DNA of 63,881 nucleotides, filler included, from Chiloscyllium plagiosum (GCF_004010195.1; 5 parts of one record of this genome joined end to end with filler, not necessarily neighbours in it); one strand, 5' to 3'. Shown: positions 49,001-59,779, counted from the whole stretch's first letter. Numbers and translations are program-made. The notes: generated by a model from the sequence alone, not told the origin.

Positions 49001-52000
49001 TGTCACTGTGTTAAGGGCTTGGATGGAAAGGAATTTGATAAGCGTGTACAAAAACATTTTCTGGTTCAGTATGTGGATGTAATACTAGAGAAGGTGCAAA
49101 ACTTGACCTTCTATTGGGAAAGAAGGCAGGACATGTGACTGTGTCATAGAACATAGAACATTCCAGCACAGTACAGGCCCTTCGGCCCTCGATGTTGTAC
49201 TGACCTGCAGAACCAATCTGAAGCCCATCTATCCTATATTATTCCATTTTCATCCATATGTTTATCCAATTTAAATATCCTTAAAGCTGGCCAGTCTACC
49301 ACTGTTGTAGGCGTTGCGTTCCACGCCCCGACTACTCTCTGAGTAAAGAAACTACCTCTGACATCTGTCCTATATCTATCACCCCTCAATTTAAAGCTAT
49401 GTCCCCTCGTGCTCGCTGTCACCATCCAATGAAAAAGGCTCTCCCTGTCCACCCTATCTAGCTCTCTGATTATCTTATATGTCTTAATTAAGTCACCTCT
49501 CAACCTTCTCTCTAATGAAAACAGCCTCAAGTCCCTCAGCCTTTCCTCATAAACCTTTCCTCCGTACCAGGCAGCATCCGAGTAAATCTCCTCTGAACCC
49601 TTTCCAAAGCTTCCATATGTGGTTTAGATAGTAGATTTAGATTTGGATAGGCTCAGGCTTGGAGGGCTGAAGGACCTGTTCCTGGGTTGTCAATTTTCTT
49701 TGTTCTTTTTATCCTTCCTATAACGCGGTGACCAGAACTGTACGCAATACTCCAAGTATGGCCACACTAGAGTTTTGTACAGCTGCAGCATGACCTCATG
49801 GCTCCGAAACTCAATCCCTCTTCCGATAAAAGATAACACACCATTTGCCTTCTTAACAAATCTATCAACCGTGGTGGCAACTTTTAGGGATCTATGTACA
49901 TGGATACCGAGATCTCTCTGCTCATCTACATTGTTAAGAATCTTACCATTAGCCCAGTACTCTTTATTCCTGTTGCTCCTTCCAAAGTGAATCACCTCAC
50001 ACTTTTCTACATTAAACTCCATTTGCCACATCTCAGCCCAGCTCTGCAGCTTACCTATGTCCCTCTGTAACCCACAACATCCTTCAGCACTATCCACAGC
50101 TCTATGACCTTAGTGTTATCCACAAATTTACTAACCCATCCTCTATGCCCTCATCCAGGTCATTTATAAAAATGACAAACAGCAGTGGATACAAAGCAGA
50201 TCCTTGCGGTGCACCACTAATAACTGAACTCCAGGATGAATATTTGCCATCAACTAACACCCTCTGTCTTCTTTCAGCTCGCCAATTTCTGATCCAAACT
50301 GCCACATCACCCTGAATCCCATGTCTCTGTATTTTGTGCAATAGCCTACCGTGGGGAACCTTATCAAATGCCTTACTGAAATCCATATACACCACATCAA
50401 CTGCTTTACCCTCATCCACCTGTTTGGTCACCTTCTCAAAGAACTCAGTAAGGTTTGTGAGGCATGACCTACCCTTCACAAACCGTGTTGACTATCCCTA
50501 ATCAAATTATTCCTTTCTAGATTATTATAAATCCTATCCCTTGTAACCCTTTCCAACAGTTTACCCACAGCCGAAGTAAGGCTCACTGGTCTATAATTAC
50601 CAGGGCTGTCTCTACTTGAATAAGAAAACAACATTTGCTATCCTCCAGTCTTCTGGTTCTATTCCTGTAGTCAATGACGACATAAAGATCAAAGCCAAAG
50701 GCTCTGCAATGTCTTCCCTGGCTTCCCAGAGAATCCAAGGTTAAATTCCATCCAGCCCAAGGGACTTATCCACTTTCACATTTTCCAGAATTGTTAACAC
50801 CTCCCCTTGTGAATCTCAATCCCGTCTAGTCTAGTCGCCTGTATCTCAGTATCTCCTTGACCACATTGTCGCTTTCTAGTGTTGAATACTGATGAAATGT
50901 TTACTGTATTTTTATCAAGGGGCAGCACGGTGGCTCAGTGGTTAGCACTGCTGCCTCACAGCACCAGAGGCCCAGGTTCGATCCCAGCCTCGGGCGACTG
51001 TCTGTGTGGAGTTTGCACATTCTCTCCATGTCTGCGTGGGTTTCCTCCCACTGTCCAAAGATGTGCATGTCAGGTGAATTGGCAAGCTAAATTGCCTGTA
51101 GCGTTAGGTGTATTAATCAGATGGGAAATGGGTTTGAATGGGTTACTCTTCGGAAGGTCAGTGGGGACTGGTTGGGCCGAAGGGCCTGTTTCCACACTGT
51201 AGGGAATCTAATCATTTAGCACTTCCCCATCTCCTTGAACACGACACACAACTTCCCACTACTATCCTTGATTGGCCTGAATCTTACTCTAGTCATTCTT
51301 TTATTCCTGATATTGCTATAGAAAGCCTTAGGGTTTTCCTTGATCCTATCCACCAAAGACTTCTCATGTCCCCTCCTGGCTCTTCTTAGCTCTCTCTTTA
51401 GATCTTTCCTGGCCAACATGTAACACTAAAGCGTCCTAATTGAGCCTTCGCATCTCATCCTAACATAAGCCATCTTCTTCATCTTGACAAGATTCGACTT
51501 CTTTAGTAAACCACAGCTCTCTCGCTCAACACCCTCCATGCCTGACAGGTATATACTTATCAAGGACACGCATTTGGATGGGTATATGAATAGGAAGGGT
51601 TTGGAGGAATATGGGTTGGATGTTGGCAGGTGGGACTAGATTGAGTTGGGATATCTGGTCAGCATGGACCGAAGGGTCTGTTTCCATGCTGTACATCTCT
51701 ATGACTCTATGACACGCAGTAGCTGTTCCTTGAGTAAGCTCCACATTTCAATTGTATCCATCCCCTGCAGTTTCCTTCTATTGTCAACATAACCGAATTG
51801 TGGTCACTATCACCAAAGTGCTCACCTACTTCTAAATCTAACACCTGGCCAGGTTCATTATCCAGTACCAAATCTAATGTGGCCTCGCCCCTTGTTGGCC
51901 TGTCTACATACTGTGTCAGGAGACCCTCCTGCACACATTGGATAAAAACTGATCCATCTAAAGTACTCAAATTATAATATTTCCAGTCAATATTTGTAAA

Positions 52001-55000
52001 GTTAAAGTCTCCTATAACAACTCCCCAGCCTCTCTCACTCCTATCGAGAATCATCTTTGCCATCCTTTCCTCTTCATCTCTGGAACTATTTGGAGGCCGA
52101 TAGAAAACTCCCAACAGGGTAACCTCTCCTTTCCTGTTTCTAACCTCAGTCCACACTACCTCAGTAGATGAGTCCTCAAAACGTCCTTTCTGCCACCGTA
52201 ATACCGCCCTTGACCAACAATGCCACACCTCCCCCTCTTTTACCATCTTCTCTGTTCTTACTGAAACATCTAAATCCTGGAACCTGCAACAACCATTCCT
52301 GTCCCTGCTCTATCCATGTCTCCGAAATGGCCACAACATCAAAATCCCAGATACTAATCCAAGCTGCAAGTTCTTCCACCTTATTCAGGATGCTCCTGGC
52401 ATTGAAGTAGACGCACTTCGAACCACCTTGCCAGTGAACCCTTGCGACCTTGAAACCTCATTTCTGACCTCAGTGCTCTCAACCTCCTGTACATTGGAAC
52501 TACAATTTCAGTTCCCATCTCGCTGCTGAATTAGTTTAAACCCACCCAAAGAGCATTATCAAAATTTCCCCCCCAGGATATTGGTACCCGTATGGTTCAG
52601 GTGAAGACCATCCTGTTTTTAGATGTCCCACCTACCCCAGAAAGGGCCCCAATTATCCAGGTATCTGAAACTCTCCCTCCTGCACCATCCCTGTAGTCAT
52701 GTGTTCAACTCCTCTCTCTCTCTCACTAGCACGTGGCACGGGTAACAAATCAGACAACAACTCTGTTTGTTCTAGCTCTAAGCTTCCACCTGAGCTCCCT
52801 GAATTTCTGCTTTAAATCCCCATCTCTCTTCCTTTCTGCCTTAAATCCCCAGGACAATTACAACATTCAAAAGGCATCTGGATAGGTATATGAATAGGAA
52901 AGGTTTGGAGGGATATGGACCTGGTAGATGGGATTAGATTGGGTTGGGATATCTGGTCAGCATGGACTAGTTGGACCGAAGGGCCTGTTTCTGTGCTATA
53001 TGACTCAATGACTCTATGGCCTTATGACCTGATCAGGTGTATCCTAGAACTCTGTGGGAAGCTAGAGAAGTGATTGCTTGGCCTCTTGCTGAGTTATTTG
53101 TATCATCGATGGTCACAGGTGAGGTGCCGGAAGACTGGAGGTTGGCTAATGTGGTGCCATTATTTAAGAAAGGTGGTAAGGACAAGCCAAGAAACTTGGG
53201 ATCGGTGAGCCTGACATCGGTGGTGGGCAAGTTGTTGGAGGGAATCCTGAGGGACAGGATTTACGTGTATTTGGAAAGGCAAGGACTGATTAGGGATAGT
53301 CAGCATGGCTTTCTGTGTGAGGAAATCATGTCTCACAAACTTGATTGAGTTTTTTGAAGAGGTGATAAAGGCTGAGGAAGGCAGAGGAATTTACGTTGTC
53401 TACATGGGACTTCAGCAAGACATCAATAAGGTTCCCCAAGGGAGACTAGTTAGCAAAGTTAGATCACATAGAATACAGGGAGAACTAGCCATTTGGATAT
53501 AGAACTGGCTCAAAGGTAGAAGACAGAGGGTGATGATGGAGGGTTGTTTTTCAGACTGGAGGCCTGTGACAAATGGAGTGCCACAGGGATCGGTGCTGGG
53601 TCCTCTACGTTTTATCATTTATATACATAATTTGGATCTAAACATAGAAGGTTTGGTTAGTAAGTTTGCAGATGACACCAAAATTGGAGGTGGAATGGAC
53701 AGAGAAGATTATCTCAGAGTACTGCAAGATCTTGATTAGATGGGCCGAGAAGTGGCAGATGGAGTTTAGTTTAGATAAATGCAAGGTGTTGCATTTTGGA
53801 AAGCAAACCAGACTGGACATCCAGTTAATGGTAGGGCCCTAGGGAGTGTTGCTGAACAAAGAGACCTTGGAGTGCAGGTTCAGATCTCCTTGAAAGTGGA
53901 GTCACAGGTAGATAGGATAGTGAAGAAGGTGTTTGGTATGCTTTCCTTTATTGGTCAGTGTATTGAGTACAGGAGTTGGGAGGTCATGATGTGGCTGCAA
54001 AGGGCATTGGTTAGACCACTGTTGGAATATTGTGTGCGATTCTGGTCTCCTTCCTATCGGAAAGATGTTGTGAAACTTGAAAGGGTTCAGAAAAGATTTA
54101 CAANNNNNNNNNNNNNNNNNNNNNNNNNNNNNNNNNNNNNNNNNNNNNNNNNNNNNNNNNNNNNNNNNNNNNNNNGAAGGGTTTGGAGGGATATGGGCCA
54201 GGTGCTGGCAGGTGGGACTAGATTGGGTTGGGATATCTGGTCAGCATGGACGGGTTGGACCGAAGGGTCTGTTTCCGTGCTGTACATCTCTATGTCTCTA
54301 TGAAGCATCTGTTTCTAAGCTGTATAACTCTAAAATAACTTTATCAAATAAGAAATAACCATCAGTAATGTGTAGGCAGGCCTCAGCAATAACTGTGGTA
54401 CCATTACATGTATATCAAATTCTCATGTTCACACACCATGATACAGACATCACTGATATGGCTTTCTTACCAATTGTACTCCTTGGTTATCGTCAATCCT
54501 TGTATATAGTTGTTAGGATATTCTACTGTTGACGTGGCCATCACTGGCTGGGCCAATATTTACTGTCTAACCCCTAGTTGCCCCTTGAGAAGGTGGGGGT
54601 GAGCTGCCTTCTTGAACCGCTGCAGTCCATGTGCTGAATCCCAGGATTCTGACCCAGTGACACTGAAGGAACGGTGATTATATTTCCAAGTCAGGATGGT
54701 GAGGGGCTCGAGGGGAACTTGCAGGGGATGGTGTTCCCATGGATCTGCTGCCCTAGATGGAAGTGGGCATGGGTTTGAGTGGATTAAGGTGCTATATAAA
54801 TGCAACTAATAGTCATTAAATGTACAACCTAGTTCAGGATGACTCCCTCAGTAAGACCACGTTCATGTTCTTTCCAATATCAGACCATATCTTGAAGCTG
54901 ATCTGGACTATGACAAGAAGATCAATCTCCTCCCTGTCAGCTCTCGTTCCAACGGCTCAGTTACCCTGTCACCCTGCACTCTCTCGCTGGGGACTGGAGA

Positions 55001-56397
55001 GGGCACACTTTACCCACCCTGGTTAATGAAACCCCTTAACCTAAAACCCAGTTAGGGCACTGGGCAGGGTGGGAGAGGGCAAGACGAGGAAGGGAGAAGG
55101 GTGAGACTGAGAGTGTGAGAATGTGAGAGGGAGAGAGTGTGTGAGACAGTGAAAGAGAATGAGAGAGTGAGCCAGTTTGAGTAAGAGAGTGAGAATGTGA
55201 GAGTGAGAGAGTAAGAGTGAGAGAGTGAGTGTGAGAGAGTAAGACTATGAGTGAGAGAGTGTGTGAGTGAGAGTGTGTGAGAGTGAGACAGTGAGAGTGA
55301 GTGTGTGAAAGTGGAGAGAATGGGAGAGAGTAAGAGAGTGAGAGTATGAGAGAGTGAATGTGTGAGAGTGACAGAGAAAGTGAGATAGTCCTTCTTGCAG
55401 ATCCTCAAGTGTAGTACAGACGTCCCTGAAATGGACCGGTCCCTTCTCAAACATCCACCTCCCGTGATAACCAACGTTCTCACCTCCATCTGCTAGCACC
55501 TCAGGATTCTTCTCAGCTGTGACTACTGTGGAGAACAGATGCAGAGATGTACCCTCCCTAGAGTATGATACAGTATTTAACGAGTGTCTCAGACTAGGGG
55601 AGAGTGACATTGTGTAACATCGCTGAACTCTAAACTCCAGGCCAAAGCTCGAGGGACAAGGGCTCAAAACTCACCACAGCAGCCAGTACAATTAAAACTT
55701 GGTGAATTAAATCTACGATCGAAAACTACTTTCAGTGAGAGCAATCATGAAATATATCACAGATTGCTGTCAACCTCCCAGCCTGTTCAGTGTTATCCTT
55801 GAGTGAAGGAAATCTACCATCCTTCCATGGTCTGGCCTACAGGAGCCCAGAGGCAGCAACACACAACAGCCTGAGCCAGCCTCGGAAATAGTCAAGCAAG
55901 CCATCGGTTCAAGGGGCAATTAGAGGTGGCAATAAATGATGGTCATGGGGAGAGTGCACAGGGCTCACGAGAGCAGAATAAGTATGGAGTTCATTACCAC
56001 AGGAGGCTGTGGAAACCAGGTCATTTTTAATAGAGAGTCTATTTAAGACTGAGATAGATAGGTTCTGGAGTACCAAAGGGATTGAGGGTTACGGGGAGGA
56101 AGCAGGAGAATGGAGTTGAGCCATTATTGAGTGGCAGAGTAGATGGCCTAATTTCTGCTCCTATGTCTTAGAGGGGACACGGACGGGGAATAAGCAGGGG
56201 AGAGGGGGAGCATGTGTAGAGGGGACACAGGGGGATCTGGCAGAGGGTGGCTGGCACGCAACAAGCAGTTGAAATACAAGAACAAAATGGTCAGTTTTCC
56301 TTCTGTTTTCCCCCCCAGGTTGTACCCAGTTGTTCCAAACGTGGTTCGCACACTGCACAGGGACATCGTGTTGGGTGGTTACCATATTCCACAGAAA
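21995..56397 (+). CDS. CYP27A1: CYP27A-like mitochondrial cytochrome P450 (sterol 27-hydroxylase-like), partial spliced gene: exons 21995-22059, 31574-31734, 35491-35657, 56319-56397
   Basis: The four GT-AG exons join in frame (junction phases 1, 0, 2; last donor phase 0) to give [29 protein letters not shown]...[19 protein letters not shown]...[22 protein letters not shown]...GYHIPQK. This contains the I-helix (A/G)GxDT motif, the K-helix ExxR and the basic adrenodoxin-binding residues of mitochondrial P450s. The exon boundaries match my recollection of CYP27A1 exons 4-7. Exact paralog (CYP27A1 or another CYP27A) is not established. Confidence 0.88.
22365..22590 (+). mobile_element. CR1/HER1 3' end; similar tails at about 32315-32527(-), 36735-36970(-), 51572-51710(+), 52855-53015(+)
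   Basis: gagggtggtaagtgtatggaatgagctg...ggaccgaagggtctgtttccgtgctgtacatctctatgactctatg. Confidence 0.85.
24137..24505 (+). mobile_element. HE1-type SINE with an internal duplication of about 29 bp
   Basis: tgcacattctcccc(g/a)tgtctgcgtgggtt occurs twice in tandem; (aatct)n tail. Confidence 0.9.
25720..26165 (-). mobile_element. Rex1/Babar-type LINE 3' fragment
   Basis: [13 protein letters not shown] and [13 protein letters not shown]...[30 protein letters not shown], typical of the Rex-Babar C-terminus. Confidence 0.78.
26454..26966 (+). mobile_element. Composite of two HE1-type SINEs
   Basis: The V-domain occurs twice (about 26530 and 26720) with a single terminal tail. Confidence 0.8.
27175..30165 (+). 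mobile_element. Near full-length-ORF2 CR1/HER1 LINE (inactive), in CYP27 intron 4
   Basis: APE endonuclease ([18 protein letters not shown]...VFYRPP...GDFNF...LDLVLGN...SDH), RT (VYMDFSK...PQGSVLGP...FADD), C-terminus and tctat tail; many stops and frameshifts. Confidence 0.93.
31574..31734 (+). CDS. CYP27A1: CYP27A-like exon 5 equivalent (up to I-helix)
   Basis: Polypyrimidine tract and CAG acceptor (tttttctcgccag). 161 nt encoding (A)[53 protein letters not shown]. Donor ACG|GTCAGT. Confidence 0.93.
32628..33230 (-). mobile_element. Penelope-like GIY-YIG fragment fused to a CR1 ORF2 fragment
   Basis: The ORF reads [11 protein letters not shown]...[11 protein letters not shown]...[16 protein letters not shown] (PLE Cys region and YIG), then [28 protein letters not shown] (CR1). 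Confidence 0.85.
34060..35275 (+). mobile_element. CR1 ORF2 fragment with a Penelope-like family A insertion at about 34221-34925
   Basis: [21 protein letters not shown]...[11 protein letters not shown]...[21 protein letters not shown] (GIY-YIG). CR1 continues on both sides, with ccc(c/t)caaaga duplicated at the junctions. Confidence 0.88.
35491..35657 (+). CDS. CYP27A1: CYP27A-like exon 6 equivalent (I, J, K helices)
   Basis: Acceptor ttttatattgcag. 167 nt encoding [55 protein letters not shown](R). Donor AG|GTGAAA. This frame is missed by the ORF track. Confidence 0.95.
35810..35882 (+). pseudogene. Degenerate tRNA-Phe(GAA) pseudogene
   Basis: gtggaactagctcagttgggagagtgttggactgaaaatgtaagggtccctggtccaaaatcaggttcgg aligns with vertebrate tRNA-Phe GCCGAAATAGCTCAGTTGGGAGAGCGTTAGACTGAAGATCTAAAGGTCCCTGGTTCGATCCCGGGTTTCGGCA. 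D-arm is nearly intact and the anticodon GAA is at 35843-35845. T-loop/B-box and acceptor stem are damaged. Confidence 0.8.
36978..37751 (+). mobile_element. CR1 RT fragment running into a gap
   Basis: [16 protein letters not shown]...KFAED...[15 protein letters not shown]. Confidence 0.9.
38558..39398. repeat. Pair of direct repeats of about 150 bp (38558-38709 and 39243-39398)
   Basis: tgtggtgggaactctggtgcaatgtttgggacaag...gggaagctgttccctc occurs twice with few differences. Confidence 0.9.
39604..40838 (+). mobile_element. CR1 3' portion (subfamily also at 56881-57540) followed by a second CR1 3' tail
   Basis: [12 protein letters not shown]...LADD...[14 protein letters not shown], tail ctgtaaattttct, then a gtcagagataggttctttactcagagag... 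tail. Confidence 0.9.
41780..43425 (+). mobile_element. Relatively young 5'-truncated CR1/HER1 LINE
   Basis: [16 protein letters not shown]...[14 protein letters not shown]...FADD...[14 protein letters not shown] and (tctatgt) tail; few disruptions. Confidence 0.93.
44831..45033 (+). mobile_element. HE1-type SINE 3' half (head in gap)
   Basis: V-domain and tail present. Confidence 0.85.
45555..46880 (-). mobile_element. Penelope-like element, family B (GIY-YIG C-terminus, CA-rich 3' region and terminal repeat)
   Basis: [11 protein letters not shown]...[15 protein letters not shown]...YIGET (reverse of ggtctcaccaatgta)...MNGH...[11 protein letters not shown]...AEQRLIAKF...LNWDLGF. Confidence 0.87.
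48290..54300 (+). mobile_element. Fragmented CR1 (ORF1 CSSC start about 48320, APE about 48570-49140, RT about 53030-54300) hosting an antisense CR1
   Basis: [19 protein letters not shown]...ITETWL; YYRPP; later [13 protein letters not shown]...PQGSVLGP...FADD. Confidence 0.78.
49145..52850 (-). mobile_element. Long antisense CR1/HER1 LINE (ORF1 esterase remnant plus complete but disrupted ORF2), with an HE1 SINE at about 50919-51213
   Basis: Reverse strand: [14 protein letters not shown]...[15 protein letters not shown] (SGNH/GDSL-like ORF1), [21 protein letters not shown] (APE), RT motifs and tail. Same subfamily as 27175-30165. Confidence 0.92.
54530..54780 (-). mobile_element. LINE-2 family 3' fragment with an internal deletion
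   Basis: WEHHPLQVP...[18 protein letters not shown]. Confidence 0.82.
55090..55385. repeat. GA/GT compound microsatellite
   Basis: Direct reading. Confidence 0.9.
56319..56397 (+). CDS. CYP27A1: CYP27A-like exon 7 equivalent (SRS-5 / beta1-4 region)
   Basis: Strong acceptor ttttccttctgttttcccccccag. 79 nt encoding (R)[26 protein letters not shown]. Donor AAA|GTAAGC. Confidence 0.92.
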
Positions 56398-56400
56398 GTA

Positions 56401-56770
56401 AGCAAATCTGTCAATAAGCAACTGAGGTAAAAACAGTTACACTAAATATCTTCATAAACTGGGAGAAGTAGGGATGCACACTCACACCGAGAGAAACAGA
56501 GACAGACCAACACTCACACCGAGAGAGACAGAGACAGACCCACACCGAGAGACAGAGACAGACCCACACAGTCACACCGAGAGACAGCAAATCTGTCAAT
56601 AAGCAACTGAGGTAAAAACAGTTACACTAAATATCTTCATAAACTGGGAGAAGTAGGGATGCACACTCACACCGAGAGAAACAGAGACAGACCAACACTC
56701 ACACCGAGAGAGACAGAGACAGACCCACACCGAGAGACAGAGACAGACCCACACAGTCACACCGAGAGAC
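56401..56770. repeat. 185-bp tandem duplication starting 3 nt into the intron after CYP27 exon 7
   Basis: agcaaatctgtcaataagc... at 56401 and again at 56586, apparently identical. Confidence 0.92.
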
Positions 56771-56880
56771 AGAGACACACNNNNNNNNNNNNNNNNNNNN
56801 NNNNNNNNNNNNNNNNNNNNNNNNTTAATTAATTAANNNNNNNNNNNNNNNNNNNNNNNNNNNNNNNNNNNNNNNNNNNN

Positions 56881-57540
56881 AGGATAGAGTGGTCAAGAAG
56901 GCATATGGTATGCTTGCCTTCATTGGACGGGGTATTGAGTATAAGAGCTGTCAGGTCATGTTAACATTGTACAAGACATTGATTCGGCCGCATTTAGAAT
57001 ACTGAGTACAGTTCTGGTTGCCACATTACCAAAAGGATGTGGACGCTTTGGAGAGGGTGCAGAGACGGTTTACGAGGATGTTGCCTGGTATGGAAGGTGT
57101 TAACTATGAAGAGAGGTTGAGTAGGTTAGGTTTATTTTCATTAGAAAAAAGGAGACTGAGGGGGGACCTGATTGAGGTTTACAAAATCATGAAGGTTATA
57201 GACAGGGTGGATAGAGACAAGCTTTTTCCTAGGGTGAGGGATTCAGTAATGAGAGGTCATGCTTTCCAAGTGAGAGGTGAAAAGTTTAAGGGGGATGCAC
57301 GCAGCAAGTACTTCACACAGAGGGTGGTGGGCGTCTGGAACGCGTTATCAGCAGAGTGGTAGAGGCAGGCACGGTAGATTCATTTAAGATGCGTCTGGAC
57401 AGATGCATGAGTAGATGGGGAGCAGAGGGATACAGATGCTTAGGAATTGGCTGACAGGTTTAGACTGGATTTGGGTTGGCTCAGGATTGGAGGGCCGAAG
57501 GGCCTGTTTCTGGGCTGTAAATTTTCTTTGTTCTTTGTTA
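56881..57540 (+). mobile_element. CR1 3' portion
   Basis: [23 protein letters not shown]...[13 protein letters not shown]. Confidence 0.9.
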
Positions 57541-58246
57541 TTTGCAAACACATGCTCTCCATCAGAAATGTCAGCATTGAATGTTGGTCAGGAGCAGGGA
57601 TCCTTGTTGGTATTCCCGTGCTGCACTTCCCTGGCTATTTCTGTCAATTGTCCATCTCTCATGGAGCTGCGGACAATCTCAGGCTCACTGGTTTGGACCT
57701 TGTGGAGACAGGACTGTGCTTTCCCAACTGAGGAAGGGCATGTGCCACCACTCGGCATCACTCTGTCAGGCATTGTCCGATAACGGCGGGTCAACGAAGC
57801 AGCTCAGCATCAAGCCAAAACTAAAACCAAAACTTATCTCACTCTCTGCATTGGCGGAAACATCAAAAGAATTGACACTGGCGAAAGTTCCAGAACACAG
57901 CTAATGGTCTACCATGCATTATTAAAGACAAATTGGATGCAAGCAGAGCATTAAAGGTTGGCTTGTGATAAATCATTGAGAGGACAGACAGGAACTGGGA
58001 GCAAGACACAAAGCAGATTTCCTCTGAGCAGGTGCCGAGTTCAGAGAGAAATCATCTCTGCAGCAAGGTAAGATCCTGTCGTCTTCAGGCAAATTGCATC
58101 AGCATAGAGGGAGAGCAAGAGTAGAGAGAATGTGGAGCTAATTTAGTTCCTCACAGAAATTGGACAACAGTATACTTCCTGCAAACACTGGAGGAGGCGT
58201 CCATTGCTGTGGAAGGTAAGGTGAGAGAGAATGCTTCTGTAAAGAC

Positions 58247-58284
<38 letters not shown>

Positions 58285-58744
58285 CAGAGAGAGGGAGAGA
58301 GACAGAGGGAGGGAGAGAAAGAGAGAGAGAGAGAGGTGATCGTGATGTTTCCAGACATGAGGAATTTCCATCTGGAAGATAAATTGGAGGAGTTGAGAGT
58401 GTTCTTGAGGAAGAGGAAGCTGAGGGGAGATTTGATTAAGCTTACCAAATCACGAGTGGCTGGGTGGTATAAACAGGGAGAAACTACCCTGTCCTGGAAA
58501 AGGACCACAAAACAAAGGGGACAGATTAAAGACACTGGGAACAGTAAGGCCAGAAGACCCAAACTGAGAGTCTGGTGGAGGAAAGGTCAGTCAGGACACG
58601 GGAAAGTCAATGAGACAGTTATCCAGGGAAGAGCGATGTGCAGGGTTACAGGGAGAGACAGGAGAACGTCTCAAAGTGAAGTGCTCAGTTGGAGAGCCAG
58701 AAACAATAGACTGAATGGCCTCCTTTGGTCACAATTATGTGAAT

Positions 58745-59325
58745 GTGTACCCCAGAGAACGTCAGTGTGGGAGTATACCCCAGTGAGGGTCAGTGTGTGC
58801 GGGAGTGTACTCCAGTGAGAGTCAGTGTGTGTGGGAGTATACCCCAGTGAGAGTCAGTGTGAGGGAGTGTACCCCAGTGAGAGACAGTGTGTGTGGGACT
58901 GTTCCCCAGTGAGAGTCAGTGTGTGTGGGACTGTGCCCCAGTGACAGTCAGTGTGTGTGGGAGTGTGCCCCAGTGAGAGTCAGTGTGTGTGGGAGTGTAC
59001 CCCAGTGAGAGTCAGTGTGTGGGGGACAGTGCCCCAGTGAGTGTCAGTGTCTGTGGGACTGTACCCCAGTGAGAGTCAGTGTGTGTGGGAGTGTACCCCA
59101 GTGAGAGACAGTGTGTGTGGAACTGTACCCCAGTGAGAGTCAGTGTGTGTGGGAGTGTACCCCAGTGAGGGTCAGTGTGTGTGGGACTGTACCCCAGTGA
59201 GGGTCGGTGTGTGAGGGAGTGTACCCCAGTGAGAGTCAGTGTGAGGGAGTGTACCCCAGTGAGTGTCAGTGTGTGTGGGAGTGTACCCCATTGAGAGTCA
59301 GTGTGTGTGGGTGTACCCCAGTGAC
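58745..59325. repeat. Minisatellite of about 32 bp (GAGAGTCAGTGTGTGTGGGAGTGTACCCCAGT)n
   Basis: About 18 units of 30-34 bp. Confidence 0.93.
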
Positions 59326-59390
59326 AGTTGGGGAACGATTCCCTGCCTCGTCACTACCCTTGTTGTATAGTTTATCTGGGACTAAGTGTT

Positions 59391-59779
59391 GAGAAACCTG
59401 TCTGGAGGATCATTAAGATTCTCCCCAGTTTCTGTGAGTGCAGTAACATATGGGGCTGGGCTTGTCTTGGTTGGCACGTTTTCTTTGTGCTCAGTCAGTG
59501 CTGATGCAGTCTGATAATCTGGCTGTTTGCCTGTATTTCTGATTGAAGCAGTTCCCTCCTGGTTTATATACTTCAGTGTGTTTGTGAGAAACCTGTCTGG
59601 AGGATCATTAAGCTTCTCCCCAGTTTCTGTGAGTGCAGTAACATATGGGGCTGGGCTTGTCTTGGTTGGCACGTTTCCTTTGTGCTCAGTCAGTGCTGAT
59701 GCAGTCTGATAATCTGGCTGTTTGCCTGTATTTCTGATTGAAGCAGTTCCCTCCTGGTTTATATACTTCAGTGTGTTTG
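59391..59779. repeat. 195-bp tandem duplication (59391-59585 and 59586-59779) carrying an in-frame ORF on the - strand
   Basis: The two copies differ at about 2 positions; ORF 59382-59783(-) spans both. Confidence 0.9.

Noticed and set aside
1819..54358. Long ORFs containing X runs (for example 1819-2640, 8805-9731, 37572-38165, 44197-44880, 53779-54303)
   Set aside because: These are artefacts of reading through N gaps.
58030..58222. Two strong + strand donors (AAG|GTAAG near 58067 and 58215) as small exons
   Set aside because: The short frames have no recognisable homology and do not fit CYP27 exon 8. They cannot be supported without transcript data.
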